A stretch of DNA of 24,000 bases from Ignisphaera sp. (lineage in GTDB: Archaea; Thermoproteota; Thermoprotei_A; Sulfolobales; Ignisphaeraceae): assembly GCA_025058535.1 (NCBI GenBank), contig JANXEL010000094.1, forward strand, positions 4,059-28,058, read 5' to 3'. Made by a program: the position numbers and the translations under genes. Position 1 is the stretch's first letter, and every line of letters starts with the position of its first letter. Below are positions 1 to 8,954 of this stretch, one piece after another. Below the pieces are notes generated by a model. It saw nothing but the letters and a program-made list of their open reading frames with translations, was not told the DNA's origin and made no database searches.

Positions 1-229
1 TCGTAAAGACCACTGATCTAGCACCCTTTGCCAATATATCCTCCAGAAATTCTAGCCCTTCATCACCTATATTAAAGTATGATACCCCAGAAATATGAGC
101 GTGGGATACTGGGATCAGCCTTTCAGCTCCCAAAGCCTCGCCTATGCTGACTAGAATTCTTAGCGCTAGCCTCTTTGCCTCTCCGTACTCACCGTTTAAC
201 ACTTTTTCTTCAAACTTATCGAGATACAT
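1..229 (-). CDS. Aconitase X (DUF521) large subunit, N-terminal 76 codons; probable phosphomevalonate dehydratase large subunit. The gene continues past the window start.
   Basis: It is absent from the ORF track because it runs off the window. A reverse-strand ATG at 229, 9 nt after the UbiD stop, opens a frame that stays open to base 1: MYLDKFEEKVLNGEYGEAKRLALRILVSIGEALGAERLIPVSHAHISGVSYFNIGDEGLEFLEDILAKGARSVVFT. The LNGEYGEA...GAERLIPVSHAHISGVSY pattern matches what I recall of DUF521/AcnX N-termini. Confidence 0.65.
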   Translation of the reverse strand, partial: MYLDKFEEKVLNGEYGEAKRLALRILVSIGEALGAERLIPVSHAHISGVSYFNIGDEGLEFLEDILAKGARSVVFT

Positions 230-238
230 TCTCGCAAC

Positions 239-1522
239 CTAGCCCAAGGATGCGTATAGGAATTTCTCCTTATTGCTGGCCATGGGTATAGTTAAATCAA
301 ACCCTACTTTATCGCATACCCCATCTGGTGAAACTGGGTCAAGTGTGGAGCACCTAGTCTTTTCAATAACTAGAATACTGTCTCTGCCCCTAAATCTTGT
401 TGCAAATGCCCACTCTATCATATACTCTGAATCTACATCTATATCGGGATCCACGACAGTTACCATCTTTAAACTTGGGTGAGCACTAAATGCCGCTAGT
501 ATAGCATTCTTAGCATCACCATCACTGTTCTTCTCTATAGATATAACGGCGTGCAGCCATGACCCCGCTGCCTCGAGGAGCCTAACCCTGTGAACCCTTG
601 GAACAACCCTACCTACGTACTCCCATATAAGAGCTTCCCTGGAAAAGCTTTGAAGAAGCTTATGCTCCTTTCCGCTTGGAAAGATTGTATGGAAATACTC
701 ATCGGTATTTATGTAAATGGCCTCTATAACTATCATGGGCTCCCTTCTAACGCTATCATAGAGGTTGAGAAGGTCTACAAAGGGTCCTTCATCAACCAGC
801 TCACCCGTTATTCTACCCTCCATAACGACGGCTGCTGGAGCTGGTATGGGTAACCCGTATTTTGGAGTATATGCTATAAAGAAGTTGGGCAGCAAGTTTG
901 GCACTAAGCTTATCTCAAATACTCCTAGAGGTGGTGAAGTAGCTGCTAAAAGTAATGCTGAAGGATGAGCACCTACAACTATTGCTATTGGTGTATCTCT
1001 ACCTCTCTCCCTATACCTATCATATATGTACCTCAGATGCCTAGGTACAATTCTAGCAACAGCACAGTTCTTTGATAGAAGCATTGTTCTATGTATTGAG
1101 GCGTTGCATATCTCATCTAAGCAGGAGATAAATATAGAGGATGTAAGATACCTGCCGCCATCCTTAGGAAAGAACTTAATGAACGGTACAGCATATAGAT
1201 CCACCTCTTTTAGGTGAGTGAAAAACTCTTCAAAGGCTCTCTCCTTGAGTTTGGATTGCTCTCTTGTACTCTCTAGAAACCTTCTATACGCCTCATCCTC
1301 ATTTTCTGCACTGAGGACATACCTATACAACCTGCGACGACTATTCAACACGTTACCAACACAGTTCAAATCAGAGTTTTTCACCTTAAATAACACAACC
1401 TTCTCATCCCTATCGTACTTTAAAAGCACCCTCGACGGCTCTAGTTCAGCATCCAACATTACATCCCTCAAATCAATAACTTCATCTCTAGGAATGACCT
1501 CGATGAACTCTCTTAGCGACAC
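239..1522 (-). CDS. UbiD-family (prFMN-dependent) decarboxylase; likely anhydromevalonate-phosphate decarboxylase of the archaeal mevalonate pathway
   Basis: 427-aa ORF. The GTG start at 1522 is preceded by a GGTGAT SD-like motif (reverse complement of 1526-1531). UbiD-like blocks are present: DGGRYLTSSIFIS, ASIHRTMLL, PIAIVVGAHPSALLLAATSPP, EGPFVDLLNLYD, EPMIVIEAIY. The subfamily call is inferred from the adjacent aconitase-X gene. Confidence 0.8.
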   Translation of the reverse strand: MSLREFIEVIPRDEVIDLRDVMLDAELEPSRVLLKYDRDEKVVLFKVKNSDLNCVGNVLNSRRRLYRYVLSAENEDEAYRRFLESTREQSKLKERAFEEFFTHLKEVDLYAVPFIKFFPKDGGRYLTSSIFISCLDEICNASIHRTMLLSKNCAVARIVPRHLRYIYDRYRERGRDTPIAIVVGAHPSALLLAATSPPLGVFEISLVPNLLPNFFIAYTPKYGLPIPAPAAVVMEGRITGELVDEGPFVDLLNLYDSVRREPMIVIEAIYINTDEYFHTIFPSGKEHKLLQSFSREALIWEYVGRVVPRVHRVRLLEAAGSWLHAVISIEKNSDGDAKNAILAAFSAHPSLKMVTVVDPDIDVDSEYMIEWAFATRFRGRDSILVIEKTRCSTLDPVSPDGVCDKVGFDLTIPMASNKEKFLYASLG

Positions 1523-1570
1523 ATTATCACCTAAGGCTTCAGATGCTACTCCTTTTATCCTCTGAGGAGG

Positions 1571-1598
1571 TATTTATAAGCCTTGCAAATATTTGCAA
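1571..1598 (-). promoter_or_regulatory. TATA box (reverse strand TTATAAATA, 1571-1580) plus a perfect 16-bp palindrome TTGCAAATATTTGCAA (1583-1598) immediately upstream; candidate promoter and operator of the UbiD/AcnX operon
   Basis: Read directly from the sequence. The TATA lies about 50 nt upstream of the GTG start, which fits a short SD-containing leader. The palindrome abuts the BRE side of the TATA. Confidence 0.35.
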
Positions 1599-1825
1599 TG
1601 TTGTAAAGCCTTGGCTGGTTTTAGCGCCGCCCTCAAGGCTGTGTGTAGATGAAAGCCTTACATTACTGAATTCAACGCACCATACACTTTAGTGTCCCAT
1701 GGAAACTGTGGGGAGTCGCTAGATACGGTAGAGAGGTGATTGATAGATTGAGTACGCAGAGATACTGAACTTAAGTTGCCTCTATTCACCAATTTCACTC
1801 CTTAATAAACAGCCATACTGCTTCC

Positions 1826-3169
1826 CTATATCGGGCATTTGGGTACCTTTCCCTTATCATTCCAGTACTCATCAACCTTTATTCTACCAATTACAATACC
1901 ACTTATTGCACCTCTGTATGGTGTTAGTAAGCATATCCTCTTACCAATTGGGTCAAATTCGTCTATCACAGCTATATCCTGTTCCTCGAACGTCTCATTA
2001 ACTATTGCTGAAATCAGTCCCTTAGCATTACCTGGCTTAACTATATCGATTCCCTCCCTCTGCTTAATTTGAATTGCATCGACGTTGTCTGGAACCATGA
2101 CTATTATTAAATCGTCGTATCTAGACGCTGCTATAATGTTTACCTCTAGTTCCTTTGAAAGATTCTGTATAAATTCGTCCGAAAGCGGTTCTCCCGAAAA
2201 TAAGCATGAGCCTAGTAGAGCAATGTTATTAATCTCTAGGCATACTCTTTTGGCCTCTTTAAAGTAAGTGCTGTAGTTGAGCCTCCGTAGCTCTCTTCTA
2301 TCTTCTCTGTTTCTACAGCGTACTAGTCTAGGTTTAGGCAGGCAGTACATCTTGACCAAAGAACCTCTAAACACATTACTAATAATGCTACAGGCCTCCA
2401 TTCCTAGAGCTACAACCGATTTAGGTTTTATGCTCTTTATTAATGTTATCTTGTATTCAATAGACATCAAATCACCAAACCATCCATCTGTGTTCACTAT
2501 AACTAAATCAGAATTGTTGTTTTCAGCTATATCTATCAACTCCATTATCGCGGATATAATTCTGCTCATTGCTGTAGAAGTTGATGGGGTTGTATATCCT
2601 ATGAATCTCATCGTATCCCCTTTCAATTCGCGTAGCCATACTACCTTACTTTTCATGAATTTTAGCGCTATAAAACCAGGTGGAGCTAAGTCGCACTGAC
2701 CTACATCAGCATCAATTATAGCTGGCCTTAGATTACACTCTAGTGCTATATTTGATAACAGTGTGGAAAACGATGTTTTTCCACTATCAACTGCACCCAC
2801 TACAACAACTCTTCTTCCCTCCTTAACTATATCACCCGCAGCTTGCTCCCATAAATCTATTACCTCTTCACCTTCAGAAGGTTGTTCGACAGTGCCTCCC
2901 TCACCGATAAGGAAATTTACCATAGAATCCGTCGTAGCTTTTATAGCATAGCTTCTATATCTACTTATGTAGATGCTTTGGGATGAGCATATATCGGTTC
3001 CCAGCACTCTTATGCATCCTTTCACAACCTCTATTCTTACCGGCCCAATAACTCTGAGTATCCTATTCTTCTCCAGTAGGGTGGTTGAGAACAGTGGTGT
3101 TGGTGATCTTAGTAACCTGACTTCTTTAAAAGCATCATTATACGCATAACTGGTCATAGTACCAGCCAC
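1826..3169 (-). CDS. Clp1/Grc3-like polynucleotide 5'-hydroxyl kinase (P-loop NTPase)
   Basis: 447-aa ORF (GTG at 3169; first ATG at 3157). Motifs: Walker A VVVVGAVDSGKTSF, Clp1-type clasp motif IIDADVGQ, and Walker-B-like LVIVNTDGW. Confidence 0.8.
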   Translation of the reverse strand: MAGTMTSYAYNDAFKEVRLLRSPTPLFSTTLLEKNRILRVIGPVRIEVVKGCIRVLGTDICSSQSIYISRYRSYAIKATTDSMVNFLIGEGGTVEQPSEGEEVIDLWEQAAGDIVKEGRRVVVVGAVDSGKTSFSTLLSNIALECNLRPAIIDADVGQCDLAPPGFIALKFMKSKVVWLRELKGDTMRFIGYTTPSTSTAMSRIISAIMELIDIAENNNSDLVIVNTDGWFGDLMSIEYKITLIKSIKPKSVVALGMEACSIISNVFRGSLVKMYCLPKPRLVRCRNREDRRELRRLNYSTYFKEAKRVCLEINNIALLGSCLFSGEPLSDEFIQNLSKELEVNIIAASRYDDLIIVMVPDNVDAIQIKQREGIDIVKPGNAKGLISAIVNETFEEQDIAVIDEFDPIGKRICLLTPYRGAISGIVIGRIKVDEYWNDKGKVPKCPI

Positions 3170-3576
3170 AGCAGTTTTGCACAGCTCTAAATCATATTAC
3201 GTTGTAGGTGTAAACTTGCTATTTAAATCTACATTCGCTTTTATTCACTAAACTATTGCTCTCGAATCATCATGTAGTCTAAAATGCTATCCAGCAACTC
3301 AATGCTCCTCGTAAGTAGCAGAAATATACACTTGGTGAATAGAAAGGTTTGTTTGATTTTACGAGGTTTTCTCTCCGTGGTTTGCTTTATGATCTAAAAT
3401 TGATTGCAGCTTTCCTACACTCACTATGAATTTGAGGGGCGCAGGCTACACTACACATCTGCTAAATAGAGCTACTGAATGTGTTGTATGGAGGGTGTTG
3501 CACCATAAGTGCTGTACACTCTTGCCCAAATACGCAAAAAGCTTATAGCGGCATGAGCGCGAGAAGATCTGTGACT

Positions 3577-4167
3577 CTATACTTCATCGCTATATATTCT
3601 TTGCAGCGCTATATTTACTGCTGCTAAAGAATCTTCATCTTTTATGTTCTCTGCCTCCAATTTTCGTTTTGAACTCCCGTCCTCTGATATAAATTCTACT
3701 ATGGCACTCTCTTTTAACATACTTGATAATCTAACTACAAAATCATCGTATCCTTTATGAGGCTTGTTCGGAAGTCCTATCCTAACTATTTTCCTCTCTG
3801 CATCAATGCTATCTATGAACATCCTTACAACTTTTAATGCCTCAATCTTGTTCCTATAGCTATTGATGAAAACTACGTCAGAGTTCACAAGAACTGCTAC
3901 ACCTATCCTCTCTCCATAGTCTATCCCTACTATAATGCTTTCTATTCTAGTACTTGAAGTCCTAGAGAGAATAACACTCCTAATCGCACCTCTTTCAACA
4001 CCAATAGAATCGATATTTAACACCATGCCACTAATCTCTATACGCATTTCATTCATGTATCTCAAGCCATTCTCATCAGCAACAATGATACCATGAACTT
4101 TTCTACTATTTTCATCCACACCCTTCACTAGGGCTCTACATCTATTTAGTATATCCAGTACCTTCAC
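3577..4167 (-). CDS. RNase H-fold YqgF/RuvX-like putative nuclease with an extra ~80-aa N-terminal domain
   Basis: 196-aa ORF with a GTG start. The C-terminal half aligns by eye to the RuvX/YqgF signature: IVGIDYGERIGVAVL (compare FDFGTKSIGVAV), KIVRIGLPNKPHKG (compare IVVGLPLNMDG), ISEDGSS (compare HDERLST), DEDSLAAVNIAL (compare VDSASAVIIL). Confidence 0.6.
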   Translation of the reverse strand: MKVLDILNRCRALVKGVDENSRKVHGIIVADENGLRYMNEMRIEISGMVLNIDSIGVERGAIRSVILSRTSSTRIESIIVGIDYGERIGVAVLVNSDVVFINSYRNKIEALKVVRMFIDSIDAERKIVRIGLPNKPHKGYDDFVVRLSSMLKESAIVEFISEDGSSKRKLEAENIKDEDSLAAVNIALQRIYSDEV

Positions 4168-4392
4168 GAGCTTTCTCGGATCGTATATGGATACAACTAT
4201 ATCCCTCCTCTGCCTTTCGATATTGATGGACTCCCACCCTGTTCAAGTTTGTACTATCAGAGCCTAACGCGAGCCTTACATCACTACGTATCAGATCCCG
4301 GATTCTTCCTCATCTCACAATTTCCTGGTCACACTATCTAAGGGAGCTTAAGGTTAATATATCTGACTCTCTTTCGTTGGCTAGGGATTAGC

Positions 4393-5007
4393 ATGCTAAC
4401 CAGATTGAGAGGTAGTTTGAATAAAATTGTAGTTAAAGTAGCTTATATTTGTCAGAGGTCGAACTTGTCGCCAAATCTAATTACCCTACTAGGTTTAGCT
4501 ATATCTGTGCTCGCCATTCCATCAGCAATTTATGGAAATCACCTTTTACTCTTCCTTGTGATTGTAGCAGCCTCTTTTATGGATGTTCTCGATGGTGCGC
4601 TTGCCCGTTTGAGTGGAAGAGTAACGGCTTTTGGCGGAGTGCTTGATTCTGTCTGTGATCGAATTGAGGAATCCATATTTCTGTTCTCCCTTCACTTTAC
4701 TGGAGTATCAATGTATCTCATATTCATAGGGTTTACAATTTCGTACACCATAAGCTATCTGAGGGCATTAGGTGAAACAAGGGGTGTAAAGATGGAGGGT
4801 ATAGGTCTGCTGGAGCGTGGGGAGAGGTTAATACTAATAGCTATCACTGTAATCTTACTATCTGTACCCAATAGCAAATTAGGTACATTGCTAAGCATAC
4901 ATCTATATGAAATTCCCATAGCGCTGTTGGTAATCCTTGGTATTGTAACGATAGTTCAGAGGATTTCATATCTATACACGAGCTTTAAAAATAGCGTGAG
5001 AATGTAG
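4393..5007 (+). CDS. CDP-alcohol phosphatidyltransferase family protein (archaeal polar-lipid head-group synthase, e.g. archaetidylinositol-phosphate/archaetidylserine synthase type)
   Basis: 204 aa with an ATG start. The family motif is exact, D-G-x2-A-R-x8-G-x3-D-x3-D, in DVLDGALARLSGRVTAFGGVLDSVCDRIEE. There are multiple hydrophobic TM segments. Confidence 0.85.
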   Translation: MLTRLRGSLNKIVVKVAYICQRSNLSPNLITLLGLAISVLAIPSAIYGNHLLLFLVIVAASFMDVLDGALARLSGRVTAFGGVLDSVCDRIEESIFLFSLHFTGVSMYLIFIGFTISYTISYLRALGETRGVKMEGIGLLERGERLILIAITVILLSVPNSKLGTLLSIHLYEIPIALLVILGIVTIVQRISYLYTSFKNSVRM

Positions 5008-5020
5008 GACAGATGAGTGG

Positions 5021-5317
5021 TTAGGTTAATTTCTGTAATGGGTTTGCTCTTTTCCTCTCTTCTTCTGATCTAACCTTTATTATTCCGTAGAATATCGCAC
5101 AGTTTATGCAGTAACACTTTGTTACAGGGTACTTCATTACTATGGCTCCCTTTTTCTCCAACTCTGATGCAAGTTGTGGATCTACAGGTGAGTACATCCT
5201 AGTAACACATACAACTTTGTCCTCTGGCACCATAGCACCACAGTTATCGCACTGAACTCTAGTTACGGACCCCTTATCCCCTTTTCTACGTCCTCTGCTC
5301 TCCCTCTTTTTTGGCAA
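5021..5317 (-). CDS. rps26e: 30S ribosomal protein S26e
   Basis: PKKRESRGRRKG...VQCDNCGAMVPEDK...CINCAIF is the S26e signature with its zinc-ribbon cysteines. The ORF-track start (GTG at 5341) adds an unlikely MCFCQVIV. A TTG at 5317 gives the canonical M-PKKRESRGR N-terminus. Confidence 0.85.
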   Translation of the reverse strand: MPKKRESRGRRKGDKGSVTRVQCDNCGAMVPEDKVVCVTRMYSPVDPQLASELEKKGAIVMKYPVTKCYCINCAIFYGIIKVRSEEERKRANPLQKLT

Positions 5318-5406
5318 TACTATCACCTGGCAAAAGCACACTCTTTAACCATATTTTAACTCCTTAAAAGTTGTAATGAAAACAATCAATTGTGGCTCCT
5401 ACCGAC

Positions 5407-6897
5407 TCAGTGCCTCTTGGCGATAGCCATAAACGTTGATGCTCTCTTACCACAGAATCCGCATTCAACTTCAGGAGATGCCAGCTTTACGTCCAGTCTC
5501 ACAAGCGACTCTCTATGTAGTTCTCCCAACGCCTCGATGCCCTCCTCACCCTCTATTAATCTACGAACACACAGCTCATTACCACACCATGGTAATAGAA
5601 CTATCCCACCTTCACTCCTAACTATTTTTAAAGCATCGTGAAGCTTACTAACAATCCTAATATTTGATTTAAGCCAATTCCATGCACGTAGCTCAATACT
5701 GCGCCTTACTTCGTCAAAATCCTTTTTCAGCTCTTGCATCAGCTCTTCAACTCCTACGGCTTTCCTCTTCATGGTATCTCTCCTAAATACTGTCACCGTG
5801 CTATTCTGTATTTCTTTATAGCCTATCTCTATTCTTATTGGAACGCCCTTTAGCTCCCATTCAAAGAATTTCTCAACAGGCTTCATATCCTCTCTTCTAT
5901 CTATGTGCACCCTCACACCAGACTTAATCAGAAGATCTGCAATACTGTCACAGCGTTCATTTATCATTTTAAACACATTAGCATTGGAATGAGGAATGGG
6001 TATGATTACCACTTGGTATGGTGCTATATCAGGTGGTAACACAAGGCCCCTCTCATCACTATGGAATGCCACTATGGTTGCTATCACCCGCTCCGATATA
6101 CCGTAGCTCGTCTGCCATGCATAGTCTATACTTTCATCACGTTTCTGTATCTTTACATCAAAAACTGAGGTAAACGTCTGGCCCAAGTTATGAACCGTCC
6201 CTATCTGTACAGCCTTACCATCTGGGAACACAGTATCGAATGCAATTGTATATAGAGCTCCGGCAAACTTATCCCACTGGGGCCTCCTCGTGACTAAATA
6301 GGGTATGGCTAGCTCGTCAAAGAATCTACTATATATCTTTATGGCCTCCGCCACCTGTCTTTCACAGTCGTTAAAATCCTCATGCAAGGTGTGGGCTTCT
6401 TTAAATGTTGTTACCTCCCTGACCCTTATCATAGGTTTCGTCATTTTAGTTTCATATCTGAAGACACTCACGATCTGATAGTATTTCTTAGGAAGTTGTT
6501 TGTAACTCTTTATCCAGAAGCTCTCCATATAGCTTAATGCCGTTTCACTTGTTGGTCTTAGAGCTAGCTTTACATCCAGCTCCTCATACCCTCCTCTAGT
6601 TATCCATAGTACCTCGTCTTCAAATCCTCTAACATGTTCGCTTTCCTTTCTGAATAGCGTCTCCGGTATCAGTAGAGGGAGTAGTATCTCTTCATGGCCA
6701 GTTTCATCGAGTAGCGATCTAATTAGCTCTAAAACATGTCTCCTTATCTTGAATCCATATGGCAGCCATATCCCCGTACCCTTAACGGGGTACCTCCCGT
6801 AATCGTATATCTCTGCTTCTCTTATGATCCATTCAAACCATTGACTGAAGCCTTCCCCAAATTTTTCTGGAACGCCAATTCTCTGCATAAAATTCAT
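5407..6897 (-). CDS. proS: Prolyl-tRNA synthetase (archaeal/eukaryal-type class II)
   Basis: Blocks: [56 protein letters not shown], and the C-terminal Zn-binding domain (CGFCGK). The maximal ORF starts at ATG 6963 and would overlap trmI by 41 nt. ATG 6897 ([13 protein letters not shown]...) leaves a normal N-terminus and no overlap. The start choice is uncertain. Confidence 0.9.
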   Translation of the reverse strand: MNFMQRIGVPEKFGEGFSQWFEWIIREAEIYDYGRYPVKGTGIWLPYGFKIRRHVLELIRSLLDETGHEEILLPLLIPETLFRKESEHVRGFEDEVLWITRGGYEELDVKLALRPTSETALSYMESFWIKSYKQLPKKYYQIVSVFRYETKMTKPMIRVREVTTFKEAHTLHEDFNDCERQVAEAIKIYSRFFDELAIPYLVTRRPQWDKFAGALYTIAFDTVFPDGKAVQIGTVHNLGQTFTSVFDVKIQKRDESIDYAWQTSYGISERVIATIVAFHSDERGLVLPPDIAPYQVVIIPIPHSNANVFKMINERCDSIADLLIKSGVRVHIDRREDMKPVEKFFEWELKGVPIRIEIGYKEIQNSTVTVFRRDTMKRKAVGVEELMQELKKDFDEVRRSIELRAWNWLKSNIRIVSKLHDALKIVRSEGGIVLLPWCGNELCVRRLIEGEEGIEALGELHRESLVRLDVKLASPEVECGFCGKRASTFMAIAKRH

Positions 6898-6922
6898 CAC
6901 TGATTGATTGTGATTTGCCTTA

Positions 6923-7738
6923 CTATGCTTTAGCATTTGAGTACTTAAATACCTTTCTTGCATACATAATGTATCCTGTATGTCCTACCATAGTTGTTGA
7001 AGGTTTTACAGACTCTGATGAAAGCTCTATTTCGCGCAGAAACACTTCACAACATCTAATATCCGTGAATCCCCTATGCCTATTCACAGCTTCAAAAAGC
7101 TTTAGTATTTGATTCATAGTTGGTAAAAAGAATACAGCGGGGGCGGACCACTTTAGAGCGTTATGTAGCGAGTCTAGAACATTCCATGGGTCAGGGATAT
7201 CCACTACAGCAGCATCAATATCAGTCTCATCTATGCCCTCTCTTGCATCCTTAAGCTTCAGTGTGACATATTGATTAAGCTTTAGAGCCTCCAGATTAGT
7301 TTGAGCAACCCTTAGGAACTCCTCCCTAATCTCATACCCATACACGTGACCGTCTGGCCTGATAGAGTTTGCTAGAACTATTGTTGTATTACCGGTGCCA
7401 ACACCTATTTCAAGAATCCTTAATCCAGGTGCTATTCCTAATAAAACTAGTATAAGTCCCAAATCTTTAGGGTAAATCACCTGAGTGACCCTTCTTATGC
7501 CCAGCTCCAAGTAATCGATAAGCAGGGGTTTAAGAAGCCAGGCATCGATATTCAGTGACGTTTTTACCTTACTCCCATAATTGAGGCCGACTAAGTCATC
7601 TAATTTTAGGTTGCCTCTATCGGATGAAAAGGTCCCACCCCTGTGGATCCTTAAGAGCCGTCTTCGCCTTCTATCTATATAGATCACAACAGAACCGTTA
7701 TACTCAATTATATCATTTTTGCTCAGACCTGGTGTCAT
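6923..7738 (-). CDS. trmI: tRNA (adenine-57/58-N1)-methyltransferase TrmI (Gcd14 family)
   Basis: 271 aa. There is an N-terminal beta domain, SAM motif [12 protein letters not shown], and [10 protein letters not shown], which is typical of TrmI/Gcd14. Confidence 0.85.
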   Translation of the reverse strand: MTPGLSKNDIIEYNGSVVIYIDRRRRRLLRIHRGGTFSSDRGNLKLDDLVGLNYGSKVKTSLNIDAWLLKPLLIDYLELGIRRVTQVIYPKDLGLILVLLGIAPGLRILEIGVGTGNTTIVLANSIRPDGHVYGYEIREEFLRVAQTNLEALKLNQYVTLKLKDAREGIDETDIDAAVVDIPDPWNVLDSLHNALKWSAPAVFFLPTMNQILKLFEAVNRHRGFTDIRCCEVFLREIELSSESVKPSTTMVGHTGYIMYARKVFKYSNAKA

Positions 7739-8196
7739 ATATCATCACATCCTAAATACCTACCCTCATCATCGCTGAGTATCTTAAGCATTTACCGAGT
7801 TAAACCTATAAAACAGCATATAAACTATCATACAGGGTCCTCTACACGCTGATTAAAATGTTTCTAATAGCAATTTTCACGATCTGAATCATGGGAAACA
7901 TTTCAGATTCCATAAGCTACATGATATAGGTGACCACCTAAGGGTGCTCCATTTCATTGGGTGCACTCTCAAACTGTTAGAGTCCAATAATGTCCCTTGC
8001 CTTGGGCAGGGTATGGAAAGTGCATAGCGGTGCCGCAATGGGGTGAAAATCCAGCCTTGTGTAGATGCAACTTTTTAGTAGGCTTCGTTGATCGTCATAT
8101 CCATTAGTGTTCAGTCTCAAAAGGTGGTTACAAGAATGGTGAACCGCGAATACGGTGTTTAAGAGCATCAAAAAGAAACGCTTCTCATGCCTTCTT

Positions 8197-8409
8197 TCAA
8201 ACCTCATCAAAGAGTTCAATGACCTTTGTCTTCTCACTTCTTTTAGCTTTTTTCCCGATACCGTGCTCCGATACCCATAATTCTTTTTTTAAAAGTTCTC
8301 TAATAGCTGATCTAATGACTTCGCTTCTTGATGAGTACCTTCCCATTCTGATCAGTTCATCTATAGCCTCAATGTACGTCTCGGGCATTTTAACAGTAAC
8401 GATTCGCAT
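8197..8409 (-). CDS. Ribbon-helix-helix (CopG/NikR-N-like) DNA-binding protein
   Basis: 70 aa. [39 protein letters not shown] is a strand-helix-helix pattern with the conserved SRSE motif. Confidence 0.8.
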   Translation of the reverse strand: MRIVTVKMPETYIEAIDELIRMGRYSSRSEVIRSAIRELLKKELWVSEHGIGKKAKRSEKTKVIELFDEV

Positions 8410-8488
8410 ATCTCTTCACCAGGAGTAGATATTACAATGATAATAATTTATAAGTTGGGTCGCTGCTAGAGTTTCTAGAAACAATTAG

Positions 8489-8824
8489 ATGGCAGGTTCA
8501 CGCCTCATGGGAACCAAAGGAAGCAAACCTCTATCAACATTAGAAAAACGGCAGAAAAAAGTGGTGAAAGAAGAGCCGAAAAAGAAAGCAGCAAAGGAAG
8601 AGCCGAAAATGGAGGTAAAGACGATCTCTATAGATGAGTCTCTGACCTCTAAGGCTAGAGAGGATTTAGAGAATGTCGGGTTTATAACGGTGTTTAGTTT
8701 GGCCCAGAAGTTTAACATAAAGTATAGTATTGGTAAAAAGATAATTAAGGAGCTCGTAAATAGGAATGCAGCAGAAATTGTAGCAAAGAATAGAAGAGTA
8801 ATTGTAGCCGTGAGCAAGAGGTAG
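8489..8824 (+). CDS. rps25e: 30S ribosomal protein S25e
   Basis: 111 aa. It has a Lys/Glu-rich N-terminus followed by a winged-helix core (...GFITVFSLAQKFNIKYSIGKKIIKELVNRN...). The fully overlapping antisense ORF 8485..8817 is low-complexity and spurious. Confidence 0.85.
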   Translation: MAGSRLMGTKGSKPLSTLEKRQKKVVKEEPKKKAAKEEPKMEVKTISIDESLTSKAREDLENVGFITVFSLAQKFNIKYSIGKKIIKELVNRNAAEIVAKNRRVIVAVSKR

Positions 8825-8954
8825 CTAATTAATATGCTCAGACCATCACGAGCTCTTGTTTAGCATAAGACTAGTCCATACCTGATTAATCTACATATAA
8901 GCCGAATTGCAGAGCAAAACTCTCATGCTATACATATTGAGGTGGTCCCTCCCA

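Noticed and set aside
273-3000. Numerous 60-140-aa ORFs antisense to the UbiD and Clp1-like genes (e.g. 273..482, 590..853, 765..968, 1026..1217, 1218..1565, 1839..2072, 2085..2267, 2277..2699, 2763..2951).
   Set aside because: All are fully embedded in, and antisense to, long genes with clear family motifs. They are Ser/Leu/Thr-rich shadow ORFs.
3230-3274. Reverse-strand ATGATGA (3274-3268) in the 407-nt spacer upstream of the Clp1-like gene.
   Set aside because: No CTGA D box or recognisable C'/D' elements lie downstream at the required spacing.
7723-7772. C/D-box-like string on the reverse strand just upstream of and into trmI: ATGATGA-12 nt-AGGA-T-GTGATGA-15 nt-CTGA.
   Set aside because: The D'-C' spacer is only 1 nt. 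The second guide is 15 nt rather than 12. The D box lies inside the trmI coding sequence. The motifs also coincide with the trmI promoter/SD region. This falls short of the canonical geometry seen in the three accepted sRNAs.
7977-8237. 86-aa ORF downstream of, and overlapping, the RHH gene. I considered it as the toxin partner of an RHH antitoxin.
   Set aside because: Its composition (His/Cys/Arg-rich) is atypical for this genome. I see no RelE/ParE, HicA or PIN-like motifs. It has a GTG start inside the RHH gene in another frame. It is most likely non-coding.
8485-8817. 110-aa ORF antisense to rps25e.
   Set aside because: It is a low-complexity Phe/Ser/Leu mirror of the Lys/Glu-rich S25e gene. 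S25e is the recognisable product.
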